This document shows positions 30,368 to 41,176 of a DNA stretch of 64,000 bases, in pieces. The stretch comes from an uncultured archaeon (lineage in GTDB: Archaea; Asgardarchaeota; Thorarchaeia; Thorarchaeales; Thorarchaeaceae). The notes below the pieces were generated by a model. That model searched no databases. It saw only the letters and a list, made by a program, of their open reading frames with translations, and was not told where the DNA came from. Every line of letters starts with the position of its first letter. The stretch's first letter is position 1. The stretch is taken from the NCBI GenBank assembly GCA_964458565.1, contig CAYWJO010000006.1, positions 32,001 to 96,000 of the forward strand. Reading direction: 5' to 3'. Made by a program: the position numbers and the translations under genes.

Positions 30368-31021
30368 TCAGTCAGGTAATATAATGCGGTCTAGTGTCAG
30401 TGTATAATTATATTCTCCACAGCAATAGTCAGCATATTTCCAAAGGCTGATAGAGTCAGGCATTCCGGTTGAATATGATACATACGCAAACCACATTTCA
30501 TCAGCGTTCACGAGTGATGTCCTATGGCCAATCACGAAATATTCGTTTTTAGCCTCTGAGAAATAGGTATTATAGAAGGTTTCATTCTCATATTCATCAA
30601 GATGCGGATAAAAGCCATCTATTACATCCCAAGCTCCAATTGGGAGTAAACATCGGGATATCAGATATTCAATCTGCTGCATCTCAGACGTTAAATTTCC
30701 AGCAAGGTATGACACCTTGAGTGTTTCAATTGTCTTACTAGAAAAGATGGTCCCGTTCTCCAGATCTATAATTGGTAATGATGTAATTGTTACACAAATT
30801 GTCGTTAGATTAAGAGCTGTAAAAGGAATAGGATATGGAACTCCTGCTTCAATTTTATACCCAGTTACAATTAGTGAGTAGTGATATTCTTCGTTCACTT
30901 GAACAAACCATTCGATTGGTAAAACAGGGTCACTCGTGAGTAAAGGGATTATCATCAGACTACTGACAATAATGAGTAGACAGCTAGAGGTAACAACCCC
31001 AATTCGTGTACTCATTTTCAT
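30368..31021 (-). CDS. hypothetical exported protein
   Basis: Signal/TM N-terminus, beta-rich body. Confidence 0.65.
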   Translation of the reverse strand: MKMSTRIGVVTSSCLLIIVSSLMIIPLLTSDPVLPIEWFVQVNEEYHYSLIVTGYKIEAGVPYPIPFTALNLTTICVTITSLPIIDLENGTIFSSKTIETLKVSYLAGNLTSEMQQIEYLISRCLLPIGAWDVIDGFYPHLDEYENETFYNTYFSEAKNEYFVIGHRTSLVNADEMWFAYVSYSTGMPDSISLWKYADYCCGEYNYTLTLDRIILPD

Positions 31022-31151
31022 CTCAGACCACAATAAGGGTATGGTGTTACATCGCCATAAAGCCTCTTGTGTGCTCCAAATCACTTCAGAAAATCGCTAC
31101 ATTCACAAAAGGAATAAGATTCTCCGTTTTAATTATTCATGGTTGATGACT

Positions 31152-31535
31152 ATGAAGAGAGTCTTAGGAATTGGTGGTGTATTCTTCAAAGTTAAGGATC
31201 CAAAGAAGCTTCAAAAATGGTATGAGGACCATCTGGGAATTGAACCGGATTCTGAGGGTTATATCACATTTCAATGGAAAGAGTTGGAGAAGAAGACTGG
31301 AAAGGCGTATACTCTCTTGGGATGATTCCCGCCAGACACCGAATATTTTCAACCAAGCGAAGTCCCATTCATGATAAATTTCCTTGTAAGGGACTTAGAC
31401 GGACTGTTGGAGAACTTACGTGAGAAAGGAGTTCAAATTGAAGATAAGATAGAGGAACATGAAGAGGGCCGCTTTGCATGGTTTATAGATCCCGAGGGTA
31501 ACAAAGTAGAGCTCTGGGAGCCACCTGAAGGGTAG
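31152..31535 (+). pseudogene. VOC/glyoxalase-family protein interrupted by in-frame TGA at codon 58 (31323-31325)
   Basis: MKRVLGIGGVFFK...YTLLG*FPPDTEYF...FMINFLVRDLD...GRFAWFIDPEGNKVELWEP, same frame on both sides. Confidence 0.85.
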
Positions 31536-31739
31536 CTCATACAACAACGGTTGCTGAACTACTAGCAATGTAATCAAAGTAAACTGACAAAGTGTATTGA
31601 TTCTTCTTTACACTCTTATCACAACTGAATCCAAAACGTGAGCGAATAGTACTCTTTTGTACATCGCAGCAGAAGAAATGCTCTATAGTATCGTATAAAT
31701 ACAAGGAAAGTTAACTATAGTGATGAAGGAGACAGTCTA

Positions 31740-32738
31740 TTGAAGTATAGAAAAGTTGGCAAAAGTGGATTAAAGATAAGCGAAATATCTCTTGGTTCTT
31801 GGCTTACGTATGGTGGTAGTGTTGATGACACCACTGCGAAAGAGTGTATGAATACAGCAATTGAGAATGGAATCAATTTTATCGACTCTGCGGAGATTTA
31901 TGCGAGAGGAAGAACTGAAGAGGTAATTGGTGAATGGCTCAAAGGCGAATCCATAGATCGAAAGAATCTGGTTCTCTCTAGTAAGGTCTTCTGGCCAACA
32001 AGTGATGCAATCACGGACTGGGGAAATAGCAGAAAAAACATCATGAATGCTATAGAAGGGTCTCTTGAACGTCTAGGAACAGACCATCTAGACATTTACT
32101 ATCTTCATAGATATGATTACACAACTCCTTTGAGAGAAACCGTTGAAACAATGACTGATCTTGTTCGATTGGGAAAGGTCCGTTACTGGGGCACCTCTAC
32201 ATGGACTGCAGCTCAGCTTGAACGTGCAAATGCGATAGCAAAGGAACATGGGTTCATCCAGCCTGTTGTTGAACAACCCATGTATAACATGCTCTTCAGG
32301 TACATCGAGTTAGAAATAATGCCTGTTGCTAGAACTCACGGTATGGGCTTTACAGTATGGAGCCCACTTTATCAGGGACTTCTTACAGGAAAATACAATG
32401 ATGGAATTCCAGAGGGAAGTAGGGGAAGTCGTGATGTTGGTTTCTTGAAATACCTGACTGATGAATGGAAGATAAAACTCAACAAACTAGCAGAAATCGC
32501 CTCATCTCTTGATACCAATATGACACAGCTTGCACTTGCATGGATATTGAGAAGACCTGAGATTTCAGCTGCATTAGTAGGTGCTACAAAACCGCTCCAT
32601 GTAGAAGAGAATGTGAAAGCATCTGATGTTAATCTGACATCGACCACCATTGAAGAGATTGAACAGATTCTAGATAACAAACCAGAGTGGCCTAGAACCT
32701 ATGCGCCAAATTATTTTCATGAGGATTTGATGAGATAG
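31740..32738 (+). CDS. aldo/keto reductase (Kv-beta/AKR6-like)
   Basis: SGLKISEISLGSWLTYG, GINFIDSAEIY, WSPLYQGLLTGKY. Confidence 0.93.
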   Translation: MKYRKVGKSGLKISEISLGSWLTYGGSVDDTTAKECMNTAIENGINFIDSAEIYARGRTEEVIGEWLKGESIDRKNLVLSSKVFWPTSDAITDWGNSRKNIMNAIEGSLERLGTDHLDIYYLHRYDYTTPLRETVETMTDLVRLGKVRYWGTSTWTAAQLERANAIAKEHGFIQPVVEQPMYNMLFRYIELEIMPVARTHGMGFTVWSPLYQGLLTGKYNDGIPEGSRGSRDVGFLKYLTDEWKIKLNKLAEIASSLDTNMTQLALAWILRRPEISAALVGATKPLHVEENVKASDVNLTSTTIEEIEQILDNKPEWPRTYAPNYFHEDLMR

Positions 32739-33078
32739 GTCACTTTCAACGCTCAAATGTGGAGAATTGTTGGATTCTTCAACGTATGTTTATAATTATC
32801 CGAATCACTATCATGGAGATATTCGACGTTCATATAGTAACCCTACAGAGTTCTTGTTCCCATGTAACAACCCATTCTTTTTTTGTCTTGTTTTGCGATT
32901 TTTCGATTTTAAACCAACCAATTCAGCTTTTTATTTAATTAGTATTATAGAAAGAGAAATTCCAATCTATAAGTCATAGATAGTATAATATTACTTAATT
33001 CGAATTCGTTGATGAATATTCGAAGCTCTGACACCATTTGAATTACAGATTGAGCGGTTGCACCTCGAGGTAATAGAC

Positions 33079-36000
33079 ATGAAATATACAAAATACATAG
33101 TAGTAGCATTACTGTGTCTGTCATTGATTGGCCCACTTCTACCGTCAAAAACCAGTGACAATAAGCTTCCAGTTAGGCGGCCGGAGATCAATTCTATTAC
33201 AGAGGGTGAGCTTGGAACTAAGGAGGTTGAATTTGCTCTTAGTGATGATACTTCATCGGGTGTTCTTAATCCGATCAGTGTTGTCCATACTGGATACTCA
33301 AAAACCAGTAATATGACAGGTTCAACGGAAAATGCGTTCGCTCAAAGAACTAATCTCACGTTAGACACTGCAAATGGGTGGGTAGCAAGTAAAGCTGAAT
33401 TAGAAGTCTATAATGTGCATAAAATCTATGCATATAACGGATCATTTGATTCAGGATATTATCCATGGCAAAATTCTACATATGATGCTAGTGGTGGATC
33501 GCAAACACAAATTGCAAACTACGATACGGATGGAGGATATGTAACTGCTATCAATTATGGAGAATTGAAAACACATCCGATTGCAGGAGATTCATACATA
33601 CACCATACAGGATCAGAGATTGTATGGTCACAGGTAGTAACCAATTCACCACTTTCGGATAGTTTTCTCCTAAGTTTTGATTTCAGGTATGTGTCAGGTC
33701 CTCTTGATTTTTACCCCTACGACTTTAGTGGAGATGTCCTGCTAGAGATATATGTCAACAATGGATTAGAGGGTCAAATATTTCTTGGCTCAGGGGATAT
33801 TGCTGCGCGAAACACATGGTATGGAGTCAATGATTACCAGATAGACATTCCTGGTGCACCAGCAAGTTTCAAACTTGAGATTGGTTTATACATTGTCACT
33901 CAAGACATTGAACTTCAAGAAAGTGGTGATTATGATGATGATGGGTATCCTGATGGTTTAATAAATGCACAGAAAATTGAATTGAATCTTGATAACATCG
34001 AATTTGTGAGCACATTACCGGTGGATTGCCCTACTGTTGAGATGAAGTTCCATATTGGAGAACTAAATGATTCAATAATTGATGTCGGAGAACCTGGAAC
34101 ATCTACAATTACAAATCCGGATTACTGGTCAACAGACCCTCTTGAGATAATGGTGACTGCAAATAACACTGTATCTTTCGATTATAATGTGAGATTGACT
34201 CTTCATAAAATCACTACTTCGTCCTGGACTGCGGATCCCAATAAACATGGAGTGACGTATTCTGTTTCTTCAGGGCTTCCTATAGGAATTTCATTCTATA
34301 CTTACATTAGTGCTCCTGATTATGAAAATACATCTGTCAGAATATTGCATCCATGGGATTGGGAAAATGGAACAGTTCTAGATCCACTCCTAAATGACCT
34401 AACAAGCCAATGTACAATAACATCTGAATATATAGAGATACCAAATTCACTCATGGACCGATTAGGGTGGTGGCAAATCAGTCTTGATGCCCACAACTAT
34501 GCAAAGAACATGAATACTCAGATCTATGATACGAGTATTTGGACAGATAATTCCATATATAGAAGTAATAACATTTCACGTCTGCAATTTGAACTTGGCA
34601 CATCGCTGTCTACTCCAGTTTCAGATGGAAGTCAGTTGAACTTGACTTGGATTCTTCCAAATTCTACAATTTGGGCACAGGAGAGTATTACAAGTTGGAC
34701 AAGTGGAGTCGGATACTCCTCTCAATACACCCTAGGAGCACTGAATACAAGTGCGGGACAATGGAGTATTGAGCTGATTTGGACCAATGGCACTGAACTC
34801 GCATTTGATGTCATTATATTTGATGTATATCACGCAACAGCACTTTCACCGGTACAGATGGTTGTTGAAACCGACGTAGGATTGACCATAACCAATCTTC
34901 TATACTATATTGATTCTGATAATGGGGAATACCTGATGGATGATGTTGCAACGATTGAGAGCAACTGGTCATCCACAATTGTATCATTTGCACCTAATTT
35001 AATTCGGAACTGGTGGGAAGCAGACTTTGATACCAATGTCATAGGGGGCGGTGAATTTACCGTTGTAGTAAATGCGAGTAGAACATACTACGATTTCGCA
35101 ACATGTTCATTCACAGTCTTGGCCACGTATTCAACAACTCTTGACGTATACAACACTACTGCAATAACTCCTTTCAATACACCACATATCCTCAAATTCA
35201 ACTATAGATATGCTAACGGAACAGGCGTTGAAAATGCCCAAGCAACACTGGAGTATTCGGGACCCACAGGAGGATTATCGTGGGAATCTCTAATAGAAAC
35301 ATCTCCAGGCGAATATGAAATCGCAATCACCGGGTCCCAAGCCGGCACATATTCAATTTTCATTAATGGAACCAAACTCTACCATCAATATGCAACAGAT
35401 TCCATGACGCTCACTGTACAAGAGGTGGCCACCTCTTTTGTTGTACTCAATGGAACTACAGGTATCATTAGCGCAGGTTCTACATACAGAGTGGTAGTCA
35501 CATATACTAACAGTACGGGTCATGGACTACAGAATGCCACTGTTGTTGTTGAGAGTACATTACCAAGTACAGGAATCACAGTAGGATTGATTGAAGAGCT
35601 TGGAAACGGGCAGTATTCGATTATGCTTTCTCCTGCAGATGTAGCAATCTATAATATTGTATTCAAAGCCAATCTTACGAACCATGTGACAGCATTTGCG
35701 GCCTTTGCACTCACAGCGACACAGGTACCAACAACGCTCACTCTTGCTGTAAGCACCGTCACAGTTGGCGTTACTGAGTCATTTACACTTGTTATGCAGT
35801 TAGACGATGAGAGTTTAGTGGGTGTTGAAGATGCAACAATTTTCATCATCGACCCACCCGCAGGACTCTTCTTTAATCCACAAGCTGACCATGGCAGTGG
35901 AAATTATTCTATCCAGATTGATGCGCTACAATTTGGTACCTATCTGATTACTGTATCAGCATCAACACCTAATTATCAGGACTCGATAGATTCATTCACA

Positions 36001-39000
36001 TTGATTGTTGAAGAGATTTCAACAAATCTCATTCTCGTCAATGGGTCTGCTGATTTTGCGGAATATAACGAGCTTTACACATTTGTAATAAGATACACAA
36101 ATGTCGGGGGTACTGGATTACTTGGTGCAGACATTCAAATCGTAAGTGTTACACCTGATGCCGGTCTGTTATATGGATTGTTTCAAACTGAGATGGATGG
36201 ATATTATAGTATTCAATTGCAGCCAATACAGTCAACAGTGTTCTCAATACTGCTTAGAGCCAATCTCACGAATCATCAAGTGCAGTACAGCACATTCACT
36301 CTAACAGTAAGAGAGATTGCTACGAGAATCAGTTTAAACGTTACAAGTACAACGATTTCAGTTGCAGATAGTCTTTCAGTAGAAGTAAAATTCACTGATA
36401 CAGGCGGCGATGGTATATCAGGTGCAAATATAACGATCCTAAATCCTCCTGCCGGCCTTTCTTTTGCCAATCATTTTGACCATCTTAATGGGAATTATAC
36501 ATTCAATGTGATTCCATTTCTTTTCGGATCATATTTAGTAACAGTTTCTGCATCATTACCCAATCATCAGAGTGGTTTTACTTCATTCTCCATTGTTGTA
36601 GATGAAATTGGAACTCAACTACTCCGTATCAATGGAACTTCAGATCTTGTTCGGATTGGAGAAGAATATCGATTAGTTTTGAGATATCTCGATTCTAAAG
36701 GCAGTGAATTAATGTTTGCAACATTGATAGTTGCTGATCTCAATCCCACCATTGGTCTCTCCTATGGGAATGCATCATATGAGGGAGATGGCTATTACTC
36801 AATATTGTTAACGCCCACTCTAGCAAAAACCTTTACCCTAGTGTTCAGAGCCAACCTTACTAACTATGTCACACAATTCACTACATTCTCTCTAACGGTT
36901 AGCGAGATCCCTACAGTATTAACAATCGATAGGTCTGAAAAAACGGTTTCAGTTGATCAGAAATACTCATCTATTCTCCATCTGGAAGATGACATGGATA
37001 ATCCACTTGATGGAGCAACAATCTTTGTTCTAAATCCCCCAAGTGAGATTTTATTCAACATTACACCTCTACCTGATGGTAACTACAATATCACAATGAC
37101 GTTTTCACAGATTGGGATCTACCAAATTGCATTCAGGGCGACGCTATCAAACTATCAGAATTCTACAGTTGGCCTTTCTTTAACAATTCGTACAATCCCA
37201 ACTCAGCTAGTGAAAATCATTGGACCTGAGTCTAATTCAATACAGTTCTTGGAAGACTACACCATTGGACTTGTATATGTTCGAACGGATACTAACCAAA
37301 ACGTAAGTTTAGCTACAATGCAAGTATCAATTGCACCAGTATCCGGACTTAACAACATCACCTATACATGGGGTGATATCTACTATATTCGCCTCTCAGC
37401 AGAAAATATAGGAAGATGGAACATTTACATCAGTGTCAACAAGACGGACTATATTTCTGCTTATCTTCAATTCGAACTTCAAGTAAATCCGATAGATACA
37501 ACAGTGAATGAATTTTCACTTCTAGAACCATTAGAACATGGAAAATCGTATGAGTTAATCTTCAATTATCAGATGAGTAATGGAAGTGGCATTTCCGGAG
37601 CGAACGTGATTCCCTCTGGTTCAGGTGCCTCATGGGTACATATCAGTGAACTATCTGGTGGATTATATGTAGCGATACTTAATTTTGATGAGATTGGAGA
37701 GTATGAGGTAACACTATCCTTTACGAGGTTAGGTTTTGACGATGCCGTATCTGAACTAGTACTAGAGATAGTATATATTGAAACATCCATCAATGAAGTT
37801 TCGATTACGGGCTCGATTATTTTTGGCAGACCGCGAAATCTTACATTCAGTTATTTGATAGCAGACAATCAAAGTAAGATATCAGGAGCTGAAGTCAGTG
37901 CTTCTGGTCCAGGTGCTGCCTGGGTTAGCGTCCACGAAACCGTTGATGGACGTTATGATATCATTCTTACTCCTGAAGGACTCGGAGAATATGAGATTAC
38001 TATGACATTCGCAAAGGTGGGATTTTTACCAAAGACCTCGACATTTACATTTTCCGTTATTCCAGTCACCGTACAGATAGTGGATCTTGAAGGATTGACA
38101 GCATTAGAAGGACAAGAAACTGTTCTGAGTCTAAGACTTGTAGAAGTAGATACAGGAAACCCTGTAGGCGGTGCAATAGTACAATATCAATTCAGAAGTG
38201 CTACAGCCATTGGAGGATTAAATGCATTTGAAGAGGCTCAGTTAGGAGTATATAGTGCTACTGTGATAATGCCAGATGCGGATTCAGGAACATCTCTCAG
38301 GATTTATGTCAACCTAGAGAATTATACTTTGGATGTGGATTATTATGAAGCTCTTATTACTCCAAGTGTTGATGGGATGTCCTTTATTGTAAGGACATTC
38401 AATCGATATCTATTCATATGGTTTGGTGTTGGAGCACTTGTCGTTGTAGGAGCTGGAAGAAGAGTACAATCAAAGAAGAGAAGAGAGGAAAATATACGCG
38501 CACAGCAAATTAAGCGAAGATTTGATGACATACGAAGCATTTTAGGCGTCATTATCATCCATAAAAATTCTGGAATTCCACTCTACTCTCAGATTGTAAA
38601 AGGAGGAATTGATGAGATTCTTATCTCAGGATTCATAGCTGCAATAACTCAATTCCGATCTGAGTTCGATGTGGACCAAAAGAATTTCGCTGTTACTCCA
38701 ATATCTGATATTATTAGAGTAGTTGCTACAGAGAATCTGATATGTGCTTTCATCACACTGACTCCCCCATCTGACACTCTTGAACAGAAGATGATTCAAT
38801 ATGCGCAGACTATTGGTTTTGTATTCGACCATCAATTCACTGAAGCTCCGATTTCAGTTCTCGACGATAGTACTCAGACTCAGCTCGATATACTATTCGA
38901 TGATATCCTTGATGGCGCTTTAATTCAGAAGTATAAGCTTGTTGAACCCAAAGGACTTCCAAGGGGTTCAAAGTGTCTTGAAGCAGAAATAGCTGCTATA

Positions 39001-39189
39001 AGACAGAAAGAGGAGTTCGTGCTTGAAGACCTTGCTGCTAGAATGACTTCTTGTGGTCTAGAAGAAGCTTTTGTCTACAAGGCAATATGGGAAGCCATAG
39101 AGAAGAATCAAATCCAATTAATAGAATTGGACCATTACAAAGACATAGAACCGATATCCTTTGTCACAGAGGATGACTATTCGCCATAA
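33079..39189 (+). CDS. giant type I membrane protein: signal peptide, extracellular domains with about 12 Ig-like repeats, TM, cytoplasmic roadblock/longin-like domain
   Basis: Repeats with GxxxA...GxYxI...YxxxxxA pattern; TM YLFIWFGVGALVVVGAG; ILGVIIIHKNSGIPLYS...DEILISGFIAAITQF. Confidence 0.85.
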   Translation: MKYTKYIVVALLCLSLIGPLLPSKTSDNKLPVRRPEINSITEGELGTKEVEFALSDDTSSGVLNPISVVHTGYSKTSNMTGSTENAFAQRTNLTLDTANGWVASKAELEVYNVHKIYAYNGSFDSGYYPWQNSTYDASGGSQTQIANYDTDGGYVTAINYGELKTHPIAGDSYIHHTGSEIVWSQVVTNSPLSDSFLLSFDFRYVSGPLDFYPYDFSGDVLLEIYVNNGLEGQIFLGSGDIAARNTWYGVNDYQIDIPGAPASFKLEIGLYIVTQDIELQESGDYDDDGYPDGLINAQKIELNLDNIEFVSTLPVDCPTVEMKFHIGELNDSIIDVGEPGTSTITNPDYWSTDPLEIMVTANNTVSFDYNVRLTLHKITTSSWTADPNKHGVTYSVSSGLPIGISFYTYISAPDYENTSVRILHPWDWENGTVLDPLLNDLTSQCTITSEYIEIPNSLMDRLGWWQISLDAHNYAKNMNTQIYDTSIWTDNSIYRSNNISRLQFELGTSLSTPVSDGSQLNLTWILPNSTIWAQESITSWTSGVGYSSQYTLGALNTSAGQWSIELIWTNGTELAFDVIIFDVYHATALSPVQMVVETDVGLTITNLLYYIDSDNGEYLMDDVATIESNWSSTIVSFAPNLIRNWWEADFDTNVIGGGEFTVVVNASRTYYDFATCSFTVLATYSTTLDVYNTTAITPFNTPHILKFNYRYANGTGVENAQATLEYSGPTGGLSWESLIETSPGEYEIAITGSQAGTYSIFINGTKLYHQYATDSMTLTVQEVATSFVVLNGTTGIISAGSTYRVVVTYTNSTGHGLQNATVVVESTLPSTGITVGLIEELGNGQYSIMLSPADVAIYNIVFKANLTNHVTAFAAFALTATQVPTTLTLAVSTVTVGVTESFTLVMQLDDESLVGVEDATIFIIDPPAGLFFNPQADHGSGNYSIQIDALQFGTYLITVSASTPNYQDSIDSFTLIVEEISTNLILVNGSADFAEYNELYTFVIRYTNVGGTGLLGADIQIVSVTPDAGLLYGLFQTEMDGYYSIQLQPIQSTVFSILLRANLTNHQVQYSTFTLTVREIATRISLNVTSTTISVADSLSVEVKFTDTGGDGISGANITILNPPAGLSFANHFDHLNGNYTFNVIPFLFGSYLVTVSASLPNHQSGFTSFSIVVDEIGTQLLRINGTSDLVRIGEEYRLVLRYLDSKGSELMFATLIVADLNPTIGLSYGNASYEGDGYYSILLTPTLAKTFTLVFRANLTNYVTQFTTFSLTVSEIPTVLTIDRSEKTVSVDQKYSSILHLEDDMDNPLDGATIFVLNPPSEILFNITPLPDGNYNITMTFSQIGIYQIAFRATLSNYQNSTVGLSLTIRTIPTQLVKIIGPESNSIQFLEDYTIGLVYVRTDTNQNVSLATMQVSIAPVSGLNNITYTWGDIYYIRLSAENIGRWNIYISVNKTDYISAYLQFELQVNPIDTTVNEFSLLEPLEHGKSYELIFNYQMSNGSGISGANVIPSGSGASWVHISELSGGLYVAILNFDEIGEYEVTLSFTRLGFDDAVSELVLEIVYIETSINEVSITGSIIFGRPRNLTFSYLIADNQSKISGAEVSASGPGAAWVSVHETVDGRYDIILTPEGLGEYEITMTFAKVGFLPKTSTFTFSVIPVTVQIVDLEGLTALEGQETVLSLRLVEVDTGNPVGGAIVQYQFRSATAIGGLNAFEEAQLGVYSATVIMPDADSGTSLRIYVNLENYTLDVDYYEALITPSVDGMSFIVRTFNRYLFIWFGVGALVVVGAGRRVQSKKRREENIRAQQIKRRFDDIRSILGVIIIHKNSGIPLYSQIVKGGIDEILISGFIAAITQFRSEFDVDQKNFAVTPISDIIRVVATENLICAFITLTPPSDTLEQKMIQYAQTIGFVFDHQFTEAPISVLDDSTQTQLDILFDDILDGALIQKYKLVEPKGLPRGSKCLEAEIAAIRQKEEFVLEDLAARMTSCGLEEAFVYKAIWEAIEKNQIQLIELDHYKDIEPISFVTEDDYSP

Positions 39190-39201
39190 CCAAGAAGTAA
39201 A

Positions 39202-39696
39202 ATGGATAGAAATCTCATCGCCCGTATGCAACAACATTCAGCTCTGTCAACTTGGACATGGGTCTTCAAATATTGGATGGTGCTTTATCTGATCCTCGTC
39301 TCGTCAGGAGTAATACTAGCATTGAACTCAATTTCCTCTGTTTACTGGATTTTATTTTTAGTGATTGTACCAATTGTGATCATTCCCACCACATACCGGA
39401 ACTTGGTTGGTGGTGGTTGCAGCCTAAGGTTTCAGATATGTGCGTTAGTGAAAGGGATTTCAGCCGGTATTGTATTTCTATTACTCACAGGGCTTGCAGA
39501 CACTATAATCTGGAGTGTGATGAGTGGAAGTTTATCTTGGACTCCTCTTAGTGAACCTAGACTTTTAGCTAATATGTATCTACTACTACTCATCTCAGGT
39601 ATGATTGGAGGTTTTGGTGCTCGTATTATGGAAGTGCGGGGAGCAACGAGAACAGACATCGGGTCCTTAACTCCTATTTTTGGTGAAGATATCTGA
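39202..39696 (+). CDS. hypothetical 4-TM membrane protein
   Basis: Hydrophobic helices; 12 nt after giant gene. Confidence 0.72.
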   Translation: MDRNLIARMQQHSALSTWTWVFKYWMVLYLILVSSGVILALNSISSVYWILFLVIVPIVIIPTTYRNLVGGGCSLRFQICALVKGISAGIVFLLLTGLADTIIWSVMSGSLSWTPLSEPRLLANMYLLLLISGMIGGFGARIMEVRGATRTDIGSLTPIFGEDI

Positions 39697-39780
39697 ACAT
39701 CAAAATTGCTGAGAAAAGTTACCTAATATTCTGAATTTCACCAAGAAGTCGTTGTACTTTGAAAATGATGGTGAACTCCT

Positions 39781-41154
39781 TTGAAAAGGGAAACCCTGCT
39801 AATCATGATTCTATGTCTTGCGTTAATTCCGAATATAGATAATAATATCCATTTAATCGAAATTGACGAATCGGATAACGGATATTTAGGATACGAGAGT
39901 CATAGTCCATTCTATATCCAGGGAAATGAGATGTTGTTAGATTATGCAGCAACAGAAGGATGGCCTGGAACAGGAACAAGTGATGCACCCATAATAATTG
40001 AAGGATACAGCTTCCGAAATTATACACATGTATTCACAATGTCAGATACTGACCTGCATTTCATTTTTAGAAATAACATTCTAGATGGAATTGATGATCG
40101 TTGGTGTGTCATTGTTTTCAGTAATGTTAGAAATGCCGTAGTCCACGATAATACAATAATCAATGGTGCTGTGGGGGCACACATCATGAAGACCAATGAC
40201 AGTGTTATTTCAAACAATCATATCTATGGTCAGAGTTGGGATGCCGTCTACATGGAAACGGGGTGCTATCGGAATATCATTGAGAATAACTATTTTCATG
40301 ATATGTATGAAGCAGGAGTCTGGTCGTGGAATTATTGTAGTGACAATATTATTCGAGGGAATACAATTCATGATGTTATATACGGTGTATCATTCAGAGA
40401 TAACACTCCAAGGAACTGCATTGTGAATAATACAATACATAATGCCACATTTAGTGGTGTGTATTCATCCTGTAATGATACGACAATCTCAGAGAATATA
40501 ATCTTCAATATTAAGGGAGATGGAATTAACATCAAGAGTAGATTGAACATCATTGAGGACAATTTGGTTTACGATGTGGGGGGATTTGGTATTCATCTCT
40601 TTGATACAAGCGGAGATAATCAGATTAACAGAAATACGATGATTAGAAACTCCAAAGGTGGAATTCGAATCAGATCTTCAGATAATAACATTATTCAAAA
40701 TAACAATCTCTTTGAAAACGGGATACCTCAAATCTATGATAGCGGTACAGAAAACATCTACCAAGAAAACTATTGGCACGAATTACAGGGAGAGGATGCT
40801 GAAAGCGACGGCTATTATGATTCAGCCTATATTATACCAGGAATAGCAGGAAGTATAGACATATTTCCCAGAACAGCACCAAATGAACCAGTGCCTGATT
40901 GGTATGATTACGAGAACATCAGTTTTCCAATCATAGATGAATCCACTTCAGTTACATCGATGAGTGAAACCTCAACAATAACAATCACGACCTCAACCTC
41001 AACAACATCATCTATTCCGACAAGCACAGAAACAAGTGAGTCAACTGTTACTACAACAACAAAACCAAATCTCACCATTCCTCTAATTATCGTTACATTA
41101 GGTATAACTGTAATTATTGGGATGATTCTGATTATCAAGTTCAAGCGGGTTTGA
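39781..41154 (+). CDS. right-handed beta-helix (NosD/CASH-like) surface protein with S/T linker and TM anchor
   Basis: GWPGTGTSDAPIII, repeated IxNNxIx motifs, NYW, Thr/Ser tract, TM. Confidence 0.85.
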   Translation: MKRETLLIMILCLALIPNIDNNIHLIEIDESDNGYLGYESHSPFYIQGNEMLLDYAATEGWPGTGTSDAPIIIEGYSFRNYTHVFTMSDTDLHFIFRNNILDGIDDRWCVIVFSNVRNAVVHDNTIINGAVGAHIMKTNDSVISNNHIYGQSWDAVYMETGCYRNIIENNYFHDMYEAGVWSWNYCSDNIIRGNTIHDVIYGVSFRDNTPRNCIVNNTIHNATFSGVYSSCNDTTISENIIFNIKGDGINIKSRLNIIEDNLVYDVGGFGIHLFDTSGDNQINRNTMIRNSKGGIRIRSSDNNIIQNNNLFENGIPQIYDSGTENIYQENYWHELQGEDAESDGYYDSAYIIPGIAGSIDIFPRTAPNEPVPDWYDYENISFPIIDESTSVTSMSETSTITITTSTSTTSSIPTSTETSESTVTTTTKPNLTIPLIIVTLGITVIIGMILIIKFKRV

Positions 41155-41176
41155 TTGATATAGATGAAAATAGCGG

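Noticed and set aside
30936-31151. N-terminal extension of the VOC ORF in the track
   Set aside because: Overlaps the opposite-strand gene; family homology starts at ATG 31152
32767-33191. Short ORFs in the AT-rich gap before the giant gene
   Set aside because: Low-complexity, promoter-like DNA or antisense overlaps with no coding signal
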